Shown: positions 59,638 to 64,000 of the stretch, in pieces
How positions within the stretch are numbered: position 1 is the first letter of the stretch
Layout: each line of letters starts with the position of its first letter
NCBI GenBank assembly: GCA_902588745.1
Contig: CACIQI010000002.1
Span: 137,519 to 201,518 of the forward strand
Reading direction: 5' to 3'
Length of the DNA: 64,000 bases
Origin: an uncultured Alphaproteobacteria bacterium
GTDB taxonomy: Bacteria; Pseudomonadota; Alphaproteobacteria; HIMB59; GCA-002718135
Translations under genes and position numbers: made by a program
The notes under the pieces: generated by a model
The model's database searches: none
What the model was told of the DNA's origin: nothing
What the model saw: only the letters and a program-made list of their open reading frames with translations

Positions 59638-60521
59638 TGTCAATTTTAGTTAATAAAAATACAAAACTCATTTGCCAAGGCTTTACCGGTTCACAAGGAA
59701 CATATCATTCTGAACAAGCTATAGCATATGGCACAAACCTTGTTGGTGGTGTTACGCCTGGAAAGGGAGGACAAACTCATTTAAATTTACCTGTGTTTAA
59801 TACCGTTGCTGATGCAGTTAAACAAACTGAAGCAAACGCAACAGTAATTTATGTACCTGCAAAGTTTGCGGCCGAAGCAATCCACGAGGCTTTAGATGCA
59901 AATATTGAATTAATTGTGTGTATTACAGAAGGTATTCCAGTCTTAGATATGATTGATATAAAAAAAAGAATTATTAACAATAAAACATATTTGATTGGTC
60001 CAAACTGCCCAGGATTAATAACACCTTCCGAATGCAAAATTGGAATCATGCCTGGTTTCATCCATAAAAAAGGAAAAATAGGTATAGTAAGTAGATCAGG
60101 AACATTAACTTATGAAGCTGTTGCACAAACAACAGAGGTAGGATTAGGTCAATCAACATGTGTTGGTATTGGTGGAGATCCAATACATGGGATGAATTTT
60201 GTAGATTGTATAAAGTTATTTTTAGAAGACGATGAGACTGAGGGAATTTTAATGATAGGTGAAATTGGTGGCGAGGAAGAAGAAAATGCGGCAGAATTTA
60301 TTTCAAAATCAAAAAGAAAAAAACCAGTTTCAGCATTTATAGCTGGACAATCGGCCCCAAAAGGAAAACGTATGGGTCATGCAGGCGCTATCGTTTCAGG
60401 ATCAAAAGGTACAGCACATTCTAAAATTAAATCTTTAGAAAATGCTGGAGTTTTAGTATCAAAATCCCCAGCATCATTGGGAAAAACAATGAAATTAGCA
60501 ATGCAAAATGGGAATAATTAG
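59637..60521 (+). CDS. sucD: Succinyl-CoA synthetase alpha subunit
   Basis: 294 aa. The GTG start overlaps the sucC stop (TAGTG). It has [19 protein letters not shown] and the phosphohistidine site MGHAGAI. Confidence 0.97.
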   Translation: MSILVNKNTKLICQGFTGSQGTYHSEQAIAYGTNLVGGVTPGKGGQTHLNLPVFNTVADAVKQTEANATVIYVPAKFAAEAIHEALDANIELIVCITEGIPVLDMIDIKKRIINNKTYLIGPNCPGLITPSECKIGIMPGFIHKKGKIGIVSRSGTLTYEAVAQTTEVGLGQSTCVGIGGDPIHGMNFVDCIKLFLEDDETEGILMIGEIGGEEEENAAEFISKSKRKKPVSAFIAGQSAPKGKRMGHAGAIVSGSKGTAHSKIKSLENAGVLVSKSPASLGKTMKLAMQNGNN

Positions 60522-60572
60522 TTTCCTTTAGTATGATTGTTATGCGAAATGGTTTTAGTTTAATAGAAATCT

Positions 60573-63476
60573 ATGAATGATACTTTTTTAAATAGTGCAA
60601 ATGCGCCATATGTGGCCGAACTATATTCTAAATTTAGAAATGATCCTGAAAGTGTGGACACAACTTGGAAAGATTTTTTTAACAATTTGAATGAAGATGA
60701 CTACTCAGTTCTTAAAGATTTTGGAGGACCAGAATGGAAAGAACGTCCATCAAGTATTATAGATAAAAATTATATAACTAAAGTTATAAAATCAAATGCG
60801 AAATACAATTCTGAAGAATTTAGAATTTCAACTTTAGATTCCATTAGAGCATTAAGGTTAATTAGAGCATTTAGAATTAATGGACATTTAATTGCAGATC
60901 TTGACCCCTTAGGAATATCTGAAAGAGAGTATCCTCAAGAATTAGATTATAGAAGTTATGGTTTTGTTGAATCAGATTTAGAAAAAGAAATATTTATTGA
61001 TGGAAGTTTGGGTTTAGAAAAGGGTAAATTAAAAAATATTATTAAAATATTAAAAGAAACTTATTCTGCTTCAATTGGTGTTGAATTTTTACATATACAA
61101 CAAGCTGATCAAAAACAATGGGTACAAGAAAGAATTGAAGAAGTAAGAAATAAAACAAATTTTACTAATGAAGGAAAAAAAGCAATCTATAAAAGATTAG
61201 TTGAATCAGAACTATTTGAACAGTTTTTAGATAAAAAGTTTTTAGGTACAAAGAGATACGGTATCGAAGGTGGTGAGGCGATGATACCTGGGATAGAGCA
61301 AATTGTTAAACAGGCATGTTTGTCTGGAATTGAAGATATTATTATTGGAACAGCTCATCGAGGTAGATTAACACTTCTATCAAGTGTTTTAGAAATGCCT
61401 TACAAAAAAATATTATCAAAATTCCAAGGATCTTTAAATGATCCAAATGAGGTACTAGGTTCGGGTGATGTAAAATATCATTTAGGAGTTTCTGCTGATC
61501 GTGAATTTGAAAAAAAGAAAATTCATTTATCGCTCACTTCTAACCCTTCCCATTTAGAAGCAGTTAACCCAGTTGTGGCAGGAAAAGTAAGAGCTAAACA
61601 AACTTTAGCTAAAGATAAAACAACAGATAAAGTTATAGGTTTATTAATTCATGGAGATGCAGCAATAGCTGGACAAGGAGTTGTGGCCGAAACATTTGCT
61701 ATGTCACAATTAAGAGGGTTTAAAACAGGTGGCACCATTCACTTTGTAATTAACAATCAGATAGGTTTTACAACTATGCCACAGTATGGACGATCAGCAC
61801 CTTATTGTACTGAAATTGCAAAAATGGTTCAGGCTCCAATATTTCATGTTAATGGCGATGACCCAGAAGCAGTAGTTCATGTTTGCAGACTTGCAACAGA
61901 ATTTAGAAATAAATTTAAAGTCGATGTTGTAGTAGATATGTTTTGTTACAGGAGATCTGGACATAATGAAGCCGATGAACCTTCTTTTACTCAGCCCCTT
62001 ATGTACAAGGCTATCAAAAAACAAATAACAACAAGAAAAAAATATGAAAAAAAATTAATTGAGAATAATACTCTTTCAGAAGAAGAATCTAAAGACATTG
62101 TAGATTCTTTTAAAAATTTTTTGGATAAAGAATTTGAATCAACCAAAAATTATAAGCCAAATAAAGTAGATTGGTTAGAGGGAACTTGGACAGGTTTATC
62201 CACTGCAACATTTGATGCGAGAAGAGGAAAAACATCTGTAAAAGAAAAAACATTAATTAATATAGCAAAAAAAATTCATGAAATACCAGCAGATTTCAAT
62301 GCTCATAGACGAATAAAAAAAATTTATGGGGATCGATTAACAAGTGTCATCAACGGAAAAGGTATTGATTGGGCAACCTCTGAAAGTTTAGCTTTAGCAA
62401 CACTTCTTGATGAGGGATACGGTGTTCGAATATCTGGACAAGATGTTGGAAGAGGAACATTTAGTCATAGACATGGTGTTCTATACGATCAAGAAAACGA
62501 AAATCGTTTTGTTCCATTAAGACACTTTCAAAACAAGCAAGGTTACTTTGAAATTATAGATAGTTTTTTATCTGAGTTTGGTGTTCTTGGTTTTGAATAT
62601 GGATATTCACAAGTTGATCCTAAGACACTTGTTATATGGGAAGCGCAGTTTGGTGATTTTGCAAATGGTGCACAAATTATGATTGATCAATTCATTAGTT
62701 CTGGAGAAAGAAAATGGTTAAGAATGTCTGGTTTAACGATTCTTCTTCCCCACGGACATGAGGGCCAAGGTCCTGAGCATACAAGTGGAAGATTAGAAAG
62801 ATTTTTACAGATGTGTGCGGAAGATAATATGCAAATTGTTAATTGCACAAGTCCTGCTAATTATTTTCATGTTTTAAGAAGGCAGTTACACAGAAATTTT
62901 AGAAAACCTCTAATAATATTTACACCAAAATCTACACTTAGACATAAATCTAATGTTTCAAATGTTGAGGATTATATTAATGGATCGACTTTCCATAGAA
63001 TTCTAACAGATAAATTATCAGTTAAAGAAAAAAATAAAAACAAAAGATTAATAATTTGTTCTGGCAAAATATATTTTGAATTAGCAGATCATATAGCAAA
63101 AAATAAAATTAAAAATCTTTCAATAATAAGATTGGAGCAGATTTATCCATTTCCTTATGAAAACTTTAGAGATGAATTAAAACATTATACGGATGCTGAA
63201 ATTATCTGGGCACAAGAAGAACCAAAAAATATGGGAGCCTGGGGTTTTGTGAAAGGTAGATTGGAAAGTGTTATGCAGGAGGCTAAAGTAAAACAAGCAA
63301 AAATATACTATGTTGGAAGAAGTCCAGCTGCGTCTCCTGCCGCTGGTTCTTTAGAAAGACACTTAAGTAACCAAGAAACTATTCTAAAAATGGCAACTGA
63401 AGACTCAATTAGCAAGATTATCAAATCTTGGGCAGGTATCTCAACAAAATTAAAGACTAATCTGCCAATTGAATAA
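60573..63476 (+). CDS. sucA: 2-oxoglutarate dehydrogenase E1 component
   Basis: 967 aa with N-terminal FLNSANAPYVAELY, RAFRINGHL.ADLDPL, HGDAAIAGQG and LPHGHEGQGPEH. Confidence 0.97.
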   Translation: MNDTFLNSANAPYVAELYSKFRNDPESVDTTWKDFFNNLNEDDYSVLKDFGGPEWKERPSSIIDKNYITKVIKSNAKYNSEEFRISTLDSIRALRLIRAFRINGHLIADLDPLGISEREYPQELDYRSYGFVESDLEKEIFIDGSLGLEKGKLKNIIKILKETYSASIGVEFLHIQQADQKQWVQERIEEVRNKTNFTNEGKKAIYKRLVESELFEQFLDKKFLGTKRYGIEGGEAMIPGIEQIVKQACLSGIEDIIIGTAHRGRLTLLSSVLEMPYKKILSKFQGSLNDPNEVLGSGDVKYHLGVSADREFEKKKIHLSLTSNPSHLEAVNPVVAGKVRAKQTLAKDKTTDKVIGLLIHGDAAIAGQGVVAETFAMSQLRGFKTGGTIHFVINNQIGFTTMPQYGRSAPYCTEIAKMVQAPIFHVNGDDPEAVVHVCRLATEFRNKFKVDVVVDMFCYRRSGHNEADEPSFTQPLMYKAIKKQITTRKKYEKKLIENNTLSEEESKDIVDSFKNFLDKEFESTKNYKPNKVDWLEGTWTGLSTATFDARRGKTSVKEKTLINIAKKIHEIPADFNAHRRIKKIYGDRLTSVINGKGIDWATSESLALATLLDEGYGVRISGQDVGRGTFSHRHGVLYDQENENRFVPLRHFQNKQGYFEIIDSFLSEFGVLGFEYGYSQVDPKTLVIWEAQFGDFANGAQIMIDQFISSGERKWLRMSGLTILLPHGHEGQGPEHTSGRLERFLQMCAEDNMQIVNCTSPANYFHVLRRQLHRNFRKPLIIFTPKSTLRHKSNVSNVEDYINGSTFHRILTDKLSVKEKNKNKRLIICSGKIYFELADHIAKNKIKNLSIIRLEQIYPFPYENFRDELKHYTDAEIIWAQEEPKNMGAWGFVKGRLESVMQEAKVKQAKIYYVGRSPAASPAAGSLERHLSNQETILKMATEDSISKIIKSWAGISTKLKTNLPIE

Positions 63477-63507
63477 ATTGAGGTAAATGTTATTAAGCAT
63501 TTAATTA

Positions 63508-64000
63508 ATGAGTACTGAATTAATAGTTCCAACACTTGGCGAGTCAATTACGGAAGCAACCGTTTCAAAATGGCTTAAGAATATAGGCGATAATTTTGAA
63601 GCAGATGAACCGTTAGTTGAAATTGAAACAGATAAAATTACGGTTGAAGTACCAGCGCCCCATGCAGGATCTCTAAAAGAAATAAAAGTTTCCGAAGGAA
63701 CTGATATTGAAATTGGTGGTATTTTAGGAATCTTAGATGAATCCAAAGGTAAAAAACTTACTCCTAAAAAAACTCAAACTAAAGAAGAAAAAGTAAAAGA
63801 AGAAGTAAAAGAAGTTAAGGTTGAAACAAAATCTTCACCTGCTAAATCTTCACCATCTGCAAGAAAAATTGCTGAGGAAAATAATATTAAACTTGAAGAC
63901 GTTACATCATCACGTTCTGATGGAAGAATTAATAAAGAAGATGTAGTTTCTCATCTCTCTTCTTCAAATAAAACAACCACTAACAAAGGTGAAAGAGAAG
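63508..64000 (+). CDS. sucB: 2-oxoglutarate dehydrogenase E2 (dihydrolipoyllysine succinyltransferase), 3'-truncated by the window edge
   Basis: Not in the ORF track because no stop falls within the window. Hand-translated, it has a lipoyl domain MSTELIVPTLGESITEATVSKWLK...VEIETDKITVEVPAP, a linker, and an E3-binding motif SPSARKIAEENNI. Confidence 0.93.
   Translation, partial: MSTELIVPTLGESITEATVSKWLKNIGDNFEADEPLVEIETDKITVEVPAPHAGSLKEIKVSEGTDIEIGGILGILDESKGKKLTPKKTQTKEEKVKEEVKEVKVETKSSPAKSSPSARKIAEENNIKLEDVTSSRSDGRINKEDVVSHLSSSNKTTTNKGERE

Overview
This is an AT-rich segment (about 30% G+C by eye, not computed) of an alphaproteobacterial chromosome with very dense gene packing. Most intergenic gaps are under 30 nt, and many neighbouring genes overlap by 1-4 nt in ATGA, TAATG or TAGTG junctions. 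Gene content and order include GcrA, CarD, RpoH, a System I ccm operon, dapF-mtaB-ftsY-yciB divergent from ffh-rpsP-rimM-trmD-rplS, and zapE near sdhCDAB-mdh-sucCDAB. Together with the degree of streamlining, this is what I would expect from a SAR11/Pelagibacterales-type genome. That assignment is an inference, not a database hit. I support about 70 CDS and one tRNA-Arg(UCG). I also support three hairpin plus U-tract terminators and one intragenic tandem repeat. I see no rRNA, no CRISPR array, no transposase, integrase or phage genes, and no recognisable defence, toxin or secretion system, so this is core housekeeping territory and I could not find a clear-cut novel multi-gene system. The items most worth a second look are: (1) a 58-aa, 64% lysine tandem-repeat protein (KKKKKAAP)n with a strong SD, a GGAGG/CCUCC leader palindrome and two tandem terminators (18219-18533); (2) a G+C-enriched ~136-nt intergenic element upstream of sdhC with a GC clamp and two duplicated hairpin modules whose loops carry CCUCC/CCUCUC anti-SD-like motifs (53813-53948); (3) related acidic Ala/Glu/Lys/Pro C-terminal tails on both S16 and L19, similar even at the nucleotide level; (4) an ECF sigma/ChrR pair whose anti-sigma domain has lost all four Zn ligands; (5) a PPP-family phosphatase homolog between carD and rpoH with metal-ligand positions substituted; (6) three small ORFs below the track threshold (ccmD, a 46-aa ORF coupled at both ends between an MFS gene and zapE, and a 40-aa membrane ORF); (7) tandem aldo/keto reductase paralogs with a mosaic near-identical tract. 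All coordinates of hand-found small features were indexed manually and could be off by 1-2 nt. No similarity searches or folding computations were run.
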